Shown: positions 50,477 to 61,614, numbered from the stretch's first letter. The stretch: 64,000 nt of DNA from Promethearchaeota archaeon (GCA_030603385.1 JAUVXW010000020.1:1-64000); one strand, 5' to 3'. Numbers and translations are program-made. The notes: generated from the letters alone by a model not told the origin.

Positions 50477-51454
50477 CTATAAATAGTTAGTTTCCTTTAA
50501 ATTTTCAAGGATCCTTTGATTTACATCTGCAACTTCTGCTTTAAAATCCGATCCCGTAATTTTTTTATAACTTCTCATATATCTCGTTGCTAATTCTATT
50601 TTAATATCCTCTGATATAGGAGGTATTTCTTCGTCAGGCTTAATATCAGGAAAGATTTTCGGATATGTGTCCATAAGCCATCCTCTAAATATTTCTTTAT
50701 CTAAAATATCGGGCTCCTCATCTTTTTCAAAAAACTCTTCATATGATTCCAAGATCCAAAATCTTGACGAGTCTTGAGTATGAATTTCATCAATGACCAT
50801 TAATTCTCCATCTTTTAATCCAAATTCATATTTAGTATCAACCATGATAATTCCATTTTTCTTACAATACTCTTGACCATATTTGAATAACTTTAATGCA
50901 GCTTCTTCCATTTCTTCATAGATTTCTTTTCCTACCATGTTCTCTCTTATAATCTGTTCTTTAGAGATGTAGATATCATGGCCACTTTCAGCTTTCGTTG
51001 AGGGAGTGACTAAAACCTCATCTAATTTTTGATTTTTTTTTAAACCTTTCGGTATTATTATCCCTGAAGTAGGTTCACCCTTTAAATAATTACGCCAAGC
51101 AGTACCAGTAATATATGCTCTTACGATTATTTCAACTGTAAGAGTCTGACATTGATGAACGACCGAAACACTTGGGTCTGGTACTTCAATAATATGGTTT
51201 CTTACAAGATCTTTAGTTTTTTCAAACCAAAAGGAAGAGATCTTGTTCAACATCTGACCCTTGAAAGGAATGGTAGTAATAACACGATCAAACGCACTTA
51301 ATCTATCAGTGGCAATTATTATCCTTTTATCCTCTTTAATGTAATTATCACGGACTTTTCCCCGATACAAATTTCCTAATTGTTTGAAATTAGTTTCCTT
51401 TAATGTATAGTCAAGTTGCCGTCTAATTATTTCTTCAATATCTTCTATCACCAT
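50477..51454 (-). CDS. purC: SAICAR synthetase
   Basis: YRGKVRD, TDRLSAFD, KGQ, DTKYEFG, DEIHTQDSSRFW, LDKE. Confidence 0.95.
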   Translation of the reverse strand: MVIEDIEEIIRRQLDYTLKETNFKQLGNLYRGKVRDNYIKEDKRIIIATDRLSAFDRVITTIPFKGQMLNKISSFWFEKTKDLVRNHIIEVPDPSVSVVHQCQTLTVEIIVRAYITGTAWRNYLKGEPTSGIIIPKGLKKNQKLDEVLVTPSTKAESGHDIYISKEQIIRENMVGKEIYEEMEEAALKLFKYGQEYCKKNGIIMVDTKYEFGLKDGELMVIDEIHTQDSSRFWILESYEEFFEKDEEPDILDKEIFRGWLMDTYPKIFPDIKPDEEIPPISEDIKIELATRYMRSYKKITGSDFKAEVADVNQRILENLKETNYL

Positions 51455-51547
51455 GATTTTTAATAAATGAAAAAACCATAAAACTAATTATTATTAAAGA
51501 GATATTATTTCATTTTGTCTAATTTAACAATTCTTCATTAAGTTATA

Positions 51548-52084
51548 TTATATATCTTTCATTGTATCTGGTCCAAAAAAACTCTTTTTCTGCTTATATG
51601 AATAATACTTTAGAAGCTTTAGTATCTCTCTTTTGTTAGAAGAATGAAATTTATGAAGTTGAATAGTACGAAGCAATTGTCCTTTACATGAAAAAGTTAT
51701 TTCAGGAAAGACATCAAAACCATAATGAACCGTAAACCTTCTACGCTTATAAATTTTATTTACTAAAACTCCGGTAATATCCAACCAGCTAATTTTAAAC
51801 CAAGGTCCTGGGGGAATAAAGATTTCAATTTTTTTATCTGATATATAAAACTTGCAAAATTTAGTCCTATGCTTCTTCTCATAATGAAAAATTAAAATAC
51901 CAATGATTATAACTACAGCGAACATAGGAATTATTAAATATTTATTAGGCGGTTCCGCTTGAAATAGAGTGGATATAGTAATAAGTAAAGAAAACGATAT
52001 ACAACATCCAGAATATACAGCTGTACAACCCTTGGGTGTGAGTTTATCTACTATTTCAACTCTATTTGAATTTATCTCACTCAA
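51548..52084 (-). CDS. Hypothetical membrane protein (2 TM and a soluble beta domain)
   Basis: 178-aa ORF. Confidence 0.6.
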   Translation of the reverse strand: MSEINSNRVEIVDKLTPKGCTAVYSGCCISFSLLITISTLFQAEPPNKYLIIPMFAVVIIIGILIFHYEKKHRTKFCKFYISDKKIEIFIPPGPWFKISWLDITGVLVNKIYKRRRFTVHYGFDVFPEITFSCKGQLLRTIQLHKFHSSNKREILKLLKYYSYKQKKSFFGPDTMKDI

Positions 52085-52172
52085 TTTTTTAAACTTTTTT
52101 CTTGATTTCTTAAATTAAGGATATTATCCTATGGCTAAAAATCTTTTTTGTCAATTAAGAAAATAAAGTGAT

Positions 52173-52649
52173 TCAGTCCACATCTACAGAAATCCCACAT
52201 TTATTGCATCTTTTTGTGCCCCGAAACAATTGATTATCACATTCAGGACAGTGGTATCTTTTTTCTTCTTCTGCAACCCACTTTTCTGTCCCTATTTCTT
52301 TCCACCTTGGAATTGCTCTTAACATTACCTTTTTTCCAACAGGTATTGGAAAATTTTCTATAAATTTACACGGAAAATCATCACATTGATAGCATCCATC
52401 TATTCCTTTACTCTTTATACAATCTCTTATAGGACATAATCGGCAATATCCAAATATATCTTCTTGGTTTTCAGAAAGACACCCTCCACATTTAACATCC
52501 TCTACTGTTTTTGAAAACGGTTGATATACCTTTACAAGACGTTCTTTAAATTTCAGATTATTATCTCTATGAGCAATATAAATAGCACAAACACCACAAT
52601 ATAATCCACATGGAGCTAAGAGTTCTTTCTTTATATTAACCACACTCAT
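52173..52649 (-). CDS. DUF3795-family Cys-rich protein
   Basis: APCGLYCGVC, CGGC, C.IRDC...CYQCDDFPC, CPEC...CNKC. Confidence 0.85.
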   Translation of the reverse strand: MSVVNIKKELLAPCGLYCGVCAIYIAHRDNNLKFKERLVKVYQPFSKTVEDVKCGGCLSENQEDIFGYCRLCPIRDCIKSKGIDGCYQCDDFPCKFIENFPIPVGKKVMLRAIPRWKEIGTEKWVAEEEKRYHCPECDNQLFRGTKRCNKCGISVDVD

Positions 52650-52660
52650 CTTTACTTTTT

Positions 52661-53035
52661 TTACTTTTTATAATATATTCCGTTATTAAATTCTTTAGTA
52701 TTATATTTTTTATTATTTTTTTCCATTTTTTTTTCAAACGCTTGGCTTAAATCCAAATCCAACAAATTAATGAGACTAATTAAATATATAAAAACGTCTG
52801 CAATTTCATCAGAAATATTTGTTAGAAGTTTCTTATCATTCCATATATCTTCCTTTCTATAATCTTTAAAAAGTAATAATTGAGAAAGTTCACCAGCTTC
52901 ACAATTTATTGCTTGTACTAGATTTTTTGGGGTGTGGTATTTAATCCAATTACGTTTATTAACAAACATTTTTACATTTTCTTTAAATAATGAAATTGGT
53001 GTATTTGAATCGTTCAGTTCAGAAATATCATTCAT
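52661..53035 (-). CDS. MazG-like (dCTP pyrophosphatase-type) nucleotide pyrophosphohydrolase
   Basis: RNW..YHTPKNL...EAGEL...DEIADVFIYL. Confidence 0.85.
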   Translation of the reverse strand: MNDISELNDSNTPISLFKENVKMFVNKRNWIKYHTPKNLVQAINCEAGELSQLLLFKDYRKEDIWNDKKLLTNISDEIADVFIYLISLINLLDLDLSQAFEKKMEKNNKKYNTKEFNNGIYYKK

Positions 53036-53081
53036 AATTTTTCAATAATATGTGATTAAACAAACCTATGTGTTATATTCA

Positions 53082-53903
53082 CTAAAGATCTCTAATAAAC
53101 TCACATATTAAACCATTAATAACATCTTTTCTTTGAGCAGGGGCAAAATGACCTGCCATATCAATGATTTTTAGGGTTGAATTAGGAATTTTTTTATGTA
53201 ACTCTTCAGACATTTGTTCAGGAGCAAAATTGTCTAACCTTCCTCCTATTATCAGAGTTGGACAACTGATATGTGAAGGATCATACTCATTTATCTCATT
53301 TATCATAGTAAAGATTTGATCTTCAATTCTCATATATAATTCGTCTTTGGTTAAATTAATTCCTGCTAAAGAATCTGATAGAGCAGTAATTATGTAAGGG
53401 ATGGTTTTATCTAAGATTTTCTCAATGGAATTCGCTACAACATCCAAAAAATTCATACGAATGAAGTAAGGGAGTAAATTATAGAATATATTTCTAATTA
53501 CATTGTCTATTATAATATATCCTGAATTCATCAAGATAAGGAATCTAATCTTATCCGGATGTTTCATTGTAAATAATTGCCCTATCATCCCACCAACAAG
53601 AGAGTGACCAATTATACCAAATTTTTTATCTACTCTTAAATAGCTTAGGAGATCCTCTAAATCCCTAATAATGTCGTATCTTAGATTTTTTGAAAGATTT
53701 AATTCCTTAGGATGATCACTCCTTCCATGCCCTAATGCATCAAAAGCAATTATACGATAATTTTCTTTTAACATTTTTATTTGTGATTTAAAGAATGAAG
53801 CAGATGAGGCAAATCCATGTAGTAAAATGATGCTAGAATCTGAATCTGGGTTGATGTTCTCGTAATATAGATTATAACCTTCTTGGCTTTTGAAGTAAGG
53901 CAT
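53082..53903 (-). CDS. Alpha/beta-fold hydrolase
   Basis: LLHGF, DALGHGRS, GHSLVGG, CPTLIIGGRLD, AGH. Confidence 0.85.
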   Translation of the reverse strand: MPYFKSQEGYNLYYENINPDSDSSIILLHGFASSASFFKSQIKMLKENYRIIAFDALGHGRSDHPKELNLSKNLRYDIIRDLEDLLSYLRVDKKFGIIGHSLVGGMIGQLFTMKHPDKIRFLILMNSGYIIIDNVIRNIFYNLLPYFIRMNFLDVVANSIEKILDKTIPYIITALSDSLAGINLTKDELYMRIEDQIFTMINEINEYDPSHISCPTLIIGGRLDNFAPEQMSEELHKKIPNSTLKIIDMAGHFAPAQRKDVINGLICEFIRDL

Positions 53904-54014
53904 GGATCTAAGATATTATTATATTATATAATTTTTGAAATAAAGGAATCAAAAAATACTTTTCTAAAATAGAAAGAAAGTTAACAAAAGTGAAAATAAA
54001 CTATAAAAAAAAAA

Positions 54015-55475
54015 TTATAAGTCTTTTGTGACTCTTTTTTTCTCATGAAGTTCTAATAGGGTTGGCATAAAAATCCTATTTAATTTCTTGTAAATCTTAA
54101 CATTTTGTTTAATAGGTTCCTTAGTGTCAATAAACCTCACCATATTATCAACAGCCGTTTCAAGATTATCGTATTTCTTTGTACCATAAAAGCCTAATAT
54201 TGCGGCACCCATTGCAGCACCATCTTTTACTTCAGGTATAAGGATTTTTTTTGTTGTTATATCTGCTAGGATTTGTGCCCATAATGGACTATTCATAGCC
54301 CCTCCGTCTGCTCTAACTTCTGAGACTTTTGCACCACCCATTGCTTCCAACATTTGGAGGTACATTTGAGCACTTAAAGCTGCAGACTCCATAATTGCTC
54401 GAATCATATGACCCCTCGAGTGATTCCATCCTAGACCATGAATCGTACCCTTTCTAAACATATATAATGGTATAAAAAGTAATCCTTCACTACCAGGTGG
54501 AATCGTTGACGCTTCGTTTGCTAAGATATCATACACATTGATCTGTTTCTCATAGCTCTCTTTAATTTGCAATTGAGAAAAATTGTCTTTAAACCACTTC
54601 ATAGCTGTTCCTGTTCCTGGCATTGCGCCTTCAATAGTCCATTTTCCCTTGATGGGTATAGGGAAAGAAAAAATAGGAACATCTCCAGCAGGCTTAATAG
54701 GCCTGTTAGTAACATAATCAACGAAAGTTCCAGTCCCTGTAGTAATTTTAACTTGACCTTCTTCAATAACTCCTAATCCTAATGCAGCACATTGTTGATC
54801 CCCACTTCCCATAACCACGGGGATATTATTTGGCAGACTTAATTCTCTTGCGGCCGAGATAGAAAGTTCACCAACAACCTCTCCAGGGGGGTGTAGCTCA
54901 GGCCATAAATCAATGGGGATATTGAAACGCTCGGACAATCCCTCATCCCACTTCAACGTTTCTAAATTAAGAATTCCGAAAGTTCCATTAGTATAATCTG
55001 TTATGAATACATCACATAATTTATTATAGATGATTGTATCTCCGTAAGCAATTTTAGATATTTTTTCATAAACTTCTGGTTTATTTTCTTTCAACCATAC
55101 AATCTTAGGTAATGATCTTCTAGTTCCTCCATCTTGTTCAACCCATTCTTTAGCACTCGGTTCCCCTCTATCATCCATCCATGTTATGGCTGGATGTAGA
55201 GGATTCCCTTTATCGTCTATAAAGGTTAATGTCTCTCTAAGAGATGCTACTGAAATACCTACGATATCATTAGTATTGACTTTCTGTGAAACGTAATTAC
55301 AAGTTTTTTTTATGGCATTCCACCAGATAAGCGGATCTTGTTCTGAAATCCCTACTGGTTGTTTAGGGATTTGATATTCTTCATAATCTCTTGCCATTTC
55401 TTTTCCATTGATATCAAAAACAATAGTTCTAGTACCAGTTGTTCCAACATCAAAAACACATATTAAATCGCTCAT
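54015..55475 (-). CDS. FGGY-family carbohydrate kinase (xylulokinase/glycerol-kinase-like)
   Basis: DVGTTGTR, EQDP, WMDDR, GSGDQQCAALG, TTGT, DGGAMNSPLWAQILAD. Confidence 0.88.
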   Translation of the reverse strand: MSDLICVFDVGTTGTRTIVFDINGKEMARDYEEYQIPKQPVGISEQDPLIWWNAIKKTCNYVSQKVNTNDIVGISVASLRETLTFIDDKGNPLHPAITWMDDRGEPSAKEWVEQDGGTRRSLPKIVWLKENKPEVYEKISKIAYGDTIIYNKLCDVFITDYTNGTFGILNLETLKWDEGLSERFNIPIDLWPELHPPGEVVGELSISAARELSLPNNIPVVMGSGDQQCAALGLGVIEEGQVKITTGTGTFVDYVTNRPIKPAGDVPIFSFPIPIKGKWTIEGAMPGTGTAMKWFKDNFSQLQIKESYEKQINVYDILANEASTIPPGSEGLLFIPLYMFRKGTIHGLGWNHSRGHMIRAIMESAALSAQMYLQMLEAMGGAKVSEVRADGGAMNSPLWAQILADITTKKILIPEVKDGAAMGAAILGFYGTKKYDNLETAVDNMVRFIDTKEPIKQNVKIYKKLNRIFMPTLLELHEKKRVTKDL

Positions 55476-55512
55476 AATACGACTCTTTCCAAACTTTTTA
55501 ATTTGATATTTT

Positions 55513-56778
55513 TTATAGTACTTTTAATAATATTTCAGATATATCTAATATATTATATTTCTCTTTTTCTGTTTCTTTCAAACCGTATGCTAAGCCTAGC
55601 TCACAGAGAGGACATGCTGATATGAATATATTTACTCCTGTCTCTTTTAATTCATTAACTCGATTCTGAGCTTGTTTAATAGCTAAGTCTCTATCTGCCC
55701 AATGAGCTGTACCACTCCAACCACAACAGTGAGTGTTTTCTTTCTTATAAATTGTTTCGACGAGTTCTAAACCTTGAATTTTACTAAGGATATTCCTTAT
55801 TGATTCAGTATCATTTAAGTTTCTTGAAATCAAACATGGATCATGTATCGTTATTTTCTTATATTCTTCCGGAATGCTTTTAGTAATTTTTATCCTTTCC
55901 TCATTAATTAGTTTCATAAAATATTGAGTAGTATGTATAATCTCTTTTTCAATTTTAATTCCAGCTTTCTCAAATCTCTCCTTTAAGGTTAAAATACAAC
56001 CTGGACAGTCTGATATAATAATTTTAGCTCCTGTAGATTCAATAAGTTCTTTGTTTTTATTAGCAAATTCTATAGCAGTTTCCATATCTCTTATATTGAA
56101 AGCAGGTCCTCCACAACATATTTTTTTATCTAAATTAGTTGAAAATTTAATTCCAGCAGTCTTTAAAATTTCTATGTTTGCTTTTATAACTTCTGGGAAT
56201 TTCATTGATTCACAACCAATATAATAAAACACATCATCCTTTCCCTTTGTCTCAATGTTCTCAATTCCCTTTTCTTTGTAAGTTTCAAAAATGTTGTATC
56301 CTTCTATTGTATTTGAATTCTTTAATTTCTCGATTTGTTCTTTACAGAAATCTGGCATGAATCCTTTAGCATTAATATCATCTCGTACTGTTTCTAACAA
56401 GGAAACAACAGAAAAATCAAATGGGCACCATACTTTACATGTTTCTTCATTTGTACATTTATACATAAGATCTACAAAGTCAGAATCAGCATAATCAATC
56501 TTTCCTATGGTGAGATAATACCCAATTCTTGTTTTATAAGCAGGGCTCATAGTCTCAGTTAGTGCTGCTTGTAGTGTCCCACAATCAAATCTACACATAT
56601 TAGGGCAAAGCATGCATTTTATCAGATTATCTACATCAGCTTTAAAATCTCCTTTAGGAAAGAAATTCTTCTTTCTTTGCCTAAAATTTTTCATTAGCGT
56701 AGATCTGGTTTCTCTATCAGCCTTTTGAAGTAACGGAACCATCCATTTATATTTGTTTAATGTCTCTTCTATGCCCAT
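55513..56778 (-). CDS. Fe-S oxidoreductase with two CCG domains (GlpC/GlcF/HdrD-like)
   Basis: CMLCPNMCRFDC, CT..ETC..WCP, ICCGGP...DCPGC, HDPC...HCCG...ACPLC. Confidence 0.85.
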   Translation of the reverse strand: MGIEETLNKYKWMVPLLQKADRETRSTLMKNFRQRKKNFFPKGDFKADVDNLIKCMLCPNMCRFDCGTLQAALTETMSPAYKTRIGYYLTIGKIDYADSDFVDLMYKCTNEETCKVWCPFDFSVVSLLETVRDDINAKGFMPDFCKEQIEKLKNSNTIEGYNIFETYKEKGIENIETKGKDDVFYYIGCESMKFPEVIKANIEILKTAGIKFSTNLDKKICCGGPAFNIRDMETAIEFANKNKELIESTGAKIIISDCPGCILTLKERFEKAGIKIEKEIIHTTQYFMKLINEERIKITKSIPEEYKKITIHDPCLISRNLNDTESIRNILSKIQGLELVETIYKKENTHCCGWSGTAHWADRDLAIKQAQNRVNELKETGVNIFISACPLCELGLAYGLKETEKEKYNILDISEILLKVL

Positions 56779-58260
56779 TTAAATCTCACTCCTTTTCCAA
56801 GTCTCAATATAGATCTTACCTGGGTTTAAAATATTATTTGGATCAAGAACTTTCTTAATTTGTCTTAATGTATTCATAGCATTACCCCATTCATTATCCA
56901 TCCAATGAGATCTATTAAGACCAATCCCATGATGATGAGCAATCGAACCACCTGCTTCCAAAACAGCTTTAATAGTTGTATCCCAGCATTCTTGATAAAA
57001 TTTGAAGTCGGAGTTTCCTTTTGGAGGTACTCCACCAAATGAAAAATAGATTCCTACCCCATTTGGGTAAAAGTGAGACACATGAGCAGTGGTCATTAAG
57101 ACTCCCTTGATCTGATTCATTGATTCAAGAACATGATGGTAAACATCTGCTGCGTTATCCCATAAAGATGCTACTTCAATAGTATCAAATATGATTTTAT
57201 AAGGAGGCATTGATGAGGTTTCGGTCACTCGAAATCTTGTTTCCAACCAATGCTCTACTGGATGTTCACCGCATTCAATCCCTGTATTTTTATCACATTT
57301 CTCTCTTGTAATTGATTCCTCAAAATCAACAAGTCTTGAATTTCCTTCACAAATGAATATAACCATAACTTTATCTTTGGCATTATCAATATCTGGAAAA
57401 TGTCGGGCAGTCTCAGATTTATCATAAATTCTAACTACAGCAGGATAAATTTGCTCTCTTAATATCTCTCTTACAGTATTAAAAGAATTTTCAATCGTAG
57501 GAAAAGCATATGAAATTAAAGCCCTTTTTTCGGGATAAGGCCAAATTTTTAATGTTGCTTTTGTAACTATACCAAGTGTCCCCTCTCCTCCAATGAATAA
57601 TTTATCAAGTTGTGGACCTGTTGATGCCCTAGCAATCGTTTTAAAATTAATAATTTCACCTTGTGGTAATACTACTTCCATTCCTAATACAATATCTTCA
57701 ATCTTTCCATACTTTGTGCTGAATTGCCCCGCAGCTCGATGTGCAATCCAACCACCTAAGGAGGAAGTATATAAAGATTGAGGAATATGACCAGAAGTGT
57801 ATCCATTGGTATTTAAATATCGTTCTAAATTCATACCATTAATCCCTGCTTCAGCTGTTACAGTCAGGTTTTTATCATTAATCGTTATTACTTTATTGAA
57901 TTTTTTCATATCAATGATAATTCCCCCATAAATAGGTATTGCTCCACCAACAACCCCAGATCCTTCTCCATAAGGGATCACCGGAATTTTTTCTTGATTT
58001 GCTAGCTTCAGTATTTCACAAATCTGTTCTATTGTTTCTGGCCATGTAATAAAATCAGCAAGACCCGCAATTTTACACTCTATTTCCCAATTAAAACCTA
58101 TTAATGTCGAGTCTTTTGAATATGCTAGGATATCAATTTTTTTGGTGGAAAAATTGTTTAATCCAACAATGGTTTTTAATTTAGATTCAATTTTCGTTTT
58201 ATCCTTAATTTTTACTCTATTTTCTTTATAAATGAGTTCAAAATCTTCTAAATCCATCAA
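56779..58260 (-). CDS. FAD-linked oxidoreductase, alkyl-dihydroxyacetone-phosphate synthase-like (VAO/GlcD superfamily)
   Basis: PYGEGSGVVGG, GHIPQSLYTSSLGGWIAHRAAGQFSTKYGKIED, GGEGTLG, HVSHFY..G...YF, HHHGIG, DPNNILNPGK. Confidence 0.85.
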   Translation of the reverse strand: MMDLEDFELIYKENRVKIKDKTKIESKLKTIVGLNNFSTKKIDILAYSKDSTLIGFNWEIECKIAGLADFITWPETIEQICEILKLANQEKIPVIPYGEGSGVVGGAIPIYGGIIIDMKKFNKVITINDKNLTVTAEAGINGMNLERYLNTNGYTSGHIPQSLYTSSLGGWIAHRAAGQFSTKYGKIEDIVLGMEVVLPQGEIINFKTIARASTGPQLDKLFIGGEGTLGIVTKATLKIWPYPEKRALISYAFPTIENSFNTVREILREQIYPAVVRIYDKSETARHFPDIDNAKDKVMVIFICEGNSRLVDFEESITREKCDKNTGIECGEHPVEHWLETRFRVTETSSMPPYKIIFDTIEVASLWDNAADVYHHVLESMNQIKGVLMTTAHVSHFYPNGVGIYFSFGGVPPKGNSDFKFYQECWDTTIKAVLEAGGSIAHHHGIGLNRSHWMDNEWGNAMNTLRQIKKVLDPNNILNPGKIYIETWKRSEI

Positions 58261-58373
58261 AATCAGTAGATACTTTTATTATCTTAATAAAATGTTTAGA
58301 CTCAATTAAAAATTTGTAGTTATCAAAACTATATAAAAAAATATCCATCAAAACCTAAATATAAAATACAATC

Positions 58374-59852
58374 TTAATAGATTGTTTCCCCAGTTATTCT
58401 ATTTACCTTTAGGTGTCTAAATTTTGCTTTGCTTCTAATGATTTCTTTACTAGTTGAAATTTTTTCAACAATCTCCTGAGGAAATAAGAACTTAGCAAGA
58501 TGAATTATCATTTCTTTTGTCTCTATACAATTAAACAATTTTAGACTCTCTAAAGAATAGAATAGTTCACTTACTAAATCAAAATTAGTATCTATTGAAA
58601 AATCAAGGAATTCTAAATTTCTATAAATCCTCTTGACAATATTATTTAAAATATCATATTCTTTTAACTTTTCAAGGGTGTTGTTCATGTAATGGCAAAA
58701 TAAGACATAATATGTGGCTTCTGATGAAACAAAACCATCTCTAAACTGTTTTATTCCCTCAGAGGTAATCCTTTTTTCTATTTCTTCGGTTATAACGTTT
58801 ATTTCGCTTTCTATCTTTTTTATGCCTAAATGACGATAAAGTTTTAGAATAACTACTAGTTGAGATGTTTCTAGACTCTTCAAATAATTAGGTTCAAAAT
58901 ATTCTGGTTCTGTTTTAATTATCCAATTTATTTGCTCTGTACTTAGGAATAAATTCATCATTTCAGTTGATTTAATAAAGTAATATGCTCCATCAGTGGC
59001 TTCCATCAAAGGAGCAACAAATCTCTCGCTTACTTCATAATTTAAATCTAAAAGGAAATTCTTGATTTTTTCAACATCAAGTTCTACTCCTAAATGTTTA
59101 CCTAAATAGATGCCGCAAAAATATATATCTGGATTTTTTAGTGAAACTAGTGGAACATCAATTAGCCACTCATCAATATTTTCTTTCAGATAAGATTTGA
59201 TGTGTGAAAAATCAAATGCTATTTGTAGGTGAAAAAAGTGAATAATTCGATATATTAAATAAATAATTTGTAGTTTAAACTCAGGTTCCTTAATATCTTC
59301 TAAACTCTCTATGCTTTTCTTGTTTTCCCAGAATTTCTTAATTATACGTTTTTGAATTTGAATATATTTCCTTAAATTTTCATGTTTTTCTCGATCATGC
59401 TCAAGTAAATTTTTCAAATTTCTTAATTCCATAATAAATTCTATTGGTAAAAAACCTTCATCCTTAAATTTTAACATTAAAGGTGCGACTTCGGTGTCAA
59501 CTAAATAATCAACAATCTTTTCTAGAAATATTTCATAGAGAATTGGAGCGATTTTTTTTTCGTAAAGCTCGACAGGAGAGTTAATAACTTGGATATCATC
59601 CTCTTGGATTTCTAAAAAAGGGTCTAAAAATTCAGTTTCAACTTCGTTTAGCTCAAAACCCAACTCAACAAAAACATGTATCAGAAATAAGGTCATTTCA
59701 TCCAGTTTTTGTACCATATCTTCTTTTTCAATAGGACTAGTTCCAAAAGAATCAACAATTTTATCTCGAAAATAGTGATCTATATTGTTATAAAAGAGGG
59801 CAATGTCATTAAAGTATAAATCTAGTATGTTAAATAATCCTTGAAAAATCAT
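58374..59852 (-). CDS. Hypothetical protein, mostly helical, possibly with an alpha/alpha-barrel C-terminal region
   Basis: 492-aa ORF with repeated EATxxxY-like helices. Confidence 0.7.
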   Translation of the reverse strand: MIFQGLFNILDLYFNDIALFYNNIDHYFRDKIVDSFGTSPIEKEDMVQKLDEMTLFLIHVFVELGFELNEVETEFLDPFLEIQEDDIQVINSPVELYEKKIAPILYEIFLEKIVDYLVDTEVAPLMLKFKDEGFLPIEFIMELRNLKNLLEHDREKHENLRKYIQIQKRIIKKFWENKKSIESLEDIKEPEFKLQIIYLIYRIIHFFHLQIAFDFSHIKSYLKENIDEWLIDVPLVSLKNPDIYFCGIYLGKHLGVELDVEKIKNFLLDLNYEVSERFVAPLMEATDGAYYFIKSTEMMNLFLSTEQINWIIKTEPEYFEPNYLKSLETSQLVVILKLYRHLGIKKIESEINVITEEIEKRITSEGIKQFRDGFVSSEATYYVLFCHYMNNTLEKLKEYDILNNIVKRIYRNLEFLDFSIDTNFDLVSELFYSLESLKLFNCIETKEMIIHLAKFLFPQEIVEKISTSKEIIRSKAKFRHLKVNRITGETIY

Positions 59853-60081
59853 TTTTCGAAAGAAAATGAACAGTAATAATATTCTCTATTTAAATAAAGC
59901 AAATGATGTAAAAAATTAATAATTTCTCTTTTTCAAATCGAGGATAATATCAAAATCTCATTAAAAAAGGTATTCAGTAGATTCGGAAAATATTATTAAA
60001 AATCTTCATTATATCATTCTATCTTACATTAATAATATCTTATAATAAAATAATCAATATTTAACTGAAAGTGAAAATTTA

Positions 60082-61512
60082 ATGGCAGGTATTATGTTTG
60101 GCACTTCTGGCATTCGTCGAGTGTTTCAAAATTATAGTGAATCAGATGTTATGTTTACCCCTCAAATGGCTTTAGATGTTGGTCTTGCTTTAGGGACTTA
60201 TCTAAAAGGTAATAGTAACGTTGTAATCGGTAAAGACATTAGAACTTCTGCTTTACCCATAGAATATGCGTTAATTTCTGGACTAGTAAGCACCGGGTGT
60301 GTTGTAAAGGCTCTAGGGATCGTAACAACGCCCACTTTAGCCATGTCATTACGTTTTTTAAAAGCAGATGCGGGAGTTATGATTACGGCCAGTCATAATA
60401 CTCCTGAATATATTGGATTAAAAATCTGGAATCCTTCAGGCATGGGATATACACCTGAACAAGAGATGGAAATAGAAAGAATCTATAATGAAAAAGCTTT
60501 CATAAACATAGGGTGGGATGAGGTTGGTAAAGTAACACAAATTGATGACATAAATGAAATGCATATTTTAGATATTACAAATCGTATTGCCATTGATGGG
60601 AGTAATTTTAATGTTATAGTTGATCCTGGAAACGGAGCAGGTTGTGATATTGTTCCACGTTTATTAAGTGCTTATGATGTTAATATAATAACTTTAAACG
60701 CACAAATGGATGGTAAATTTCCAGGGCGTCAATCAGAACCGAGTAAGGAAAATTTAGTTCAAATTTCCAGGTTTCTTAAGACTTCAAATCAAGAAGATAT
60801 TGGGATTGCCCTTGACGGTGATGCTGATAGAGTAATATTCTTGGATGAAGATGGAGAAATTGTGGATCCCATTAGACTTTTAGCCCTTATGGCTAAATAT
60901 TATATAAAAAAATATAAGGGAACTTTGCTTACAGAAGAAAATATGAAAGTTGCAACTGCAATAAATTCTTCGAGTTTGATGGAAGATGTTTTAAATCCAC
61001 TTGGTTGCGATGTGATCAGAACTGAAGTTGGAGATATTAAGGTAGCAATAGCTTTAAAAGAACATGGAGGATTTTTAGGGGGAGAAACTTCAGGTACATA
61101 TATTTGGCCCAAGAATCATTTAGGTCCTGATTCAATTTTTACAATTGCTAACATCCTTAATATGTTAGTGGAAGTAGGAAAACCTTTACGGGATTTAATG
61201 AAGGAGATTCCGGAATACCCTTTCTGTGAAACTAAATTTCGTTTGAAAAAAGATATCCCATTTACAGAAGATATTAATAAAGAAATCATTGAAGAAATGA
61301 AAGAGACTTTAGAGAGTATAGGAAAAAAAATAACAAATATCAATAAGATGGATGGAGTTAGATTCGATTACAATGATGGCTGGATCCTAATTAGACGCTC
61401 AGGAACAAGTCCATATTTAAGAATCACAGGGGAATCAAGCTTGAATTTAAAAGCTTCACAGGATATGAACGACTTAACAAAAGAAAAAATGGAAAAATTG
61501 AATTTGATATAA
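60082..61512 (+). CDS. glmM: Phosphoglucosamine mutase / phosphohexomutase
   Basis: FGTSGIR, ITASHN, DGDADR, GGETSG, RRSGT; next to nagB and glmS. Confidence 0.85.
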   Translation: MAGIMFGTSGIRRVFQNYSESDVMFTPQMALDVGLALGTYLKGNSNVVIGKDIRTSALPIEYALISGLVSTGCVVKALGIVTTPTLAMSLRFLKADAGVMITASHNTPEYIGLKIWNPSGMGYTPEQEMEIERIYNEKAFINIGWDEVGKVTQIDDINEMHILDITNRIAIDGSNFNVIVDPGNGAGCDIVPRLLSAYDVNIITLNAQMDGKFPGRQSEPSKENLVQISRFLKTSNQEDIGIALDGDADRVIFLDEDGEIVDPIRLLALMAKYYIKKYKGTLLTEENMKVATAINSSSLMEDVLNPLGCDVIRTEVGDIKVAIALKEHGGFLGGETSGTYIWPKNHLGPDSIFTIANILNMLVEVGKPLRDLMKEIPEYPFCETKFRLKKDIPFTEDINKEIIEEMKETLESIGKKITNINKMDGVRFDYNDGWILIRRSGTSPYLRITGESSLNLKASQDMNDLTKEKMEKLNLI

Positions 61513-61614
61513 TTAATTTTTTAATAAAATCTATTTTTCAATTTTAAGAATTTTTCCCTAGTATGATTTATTTTAGAGACCAAAATATAAAAAAGAAATT
61601 TAAATTTTAACTAA

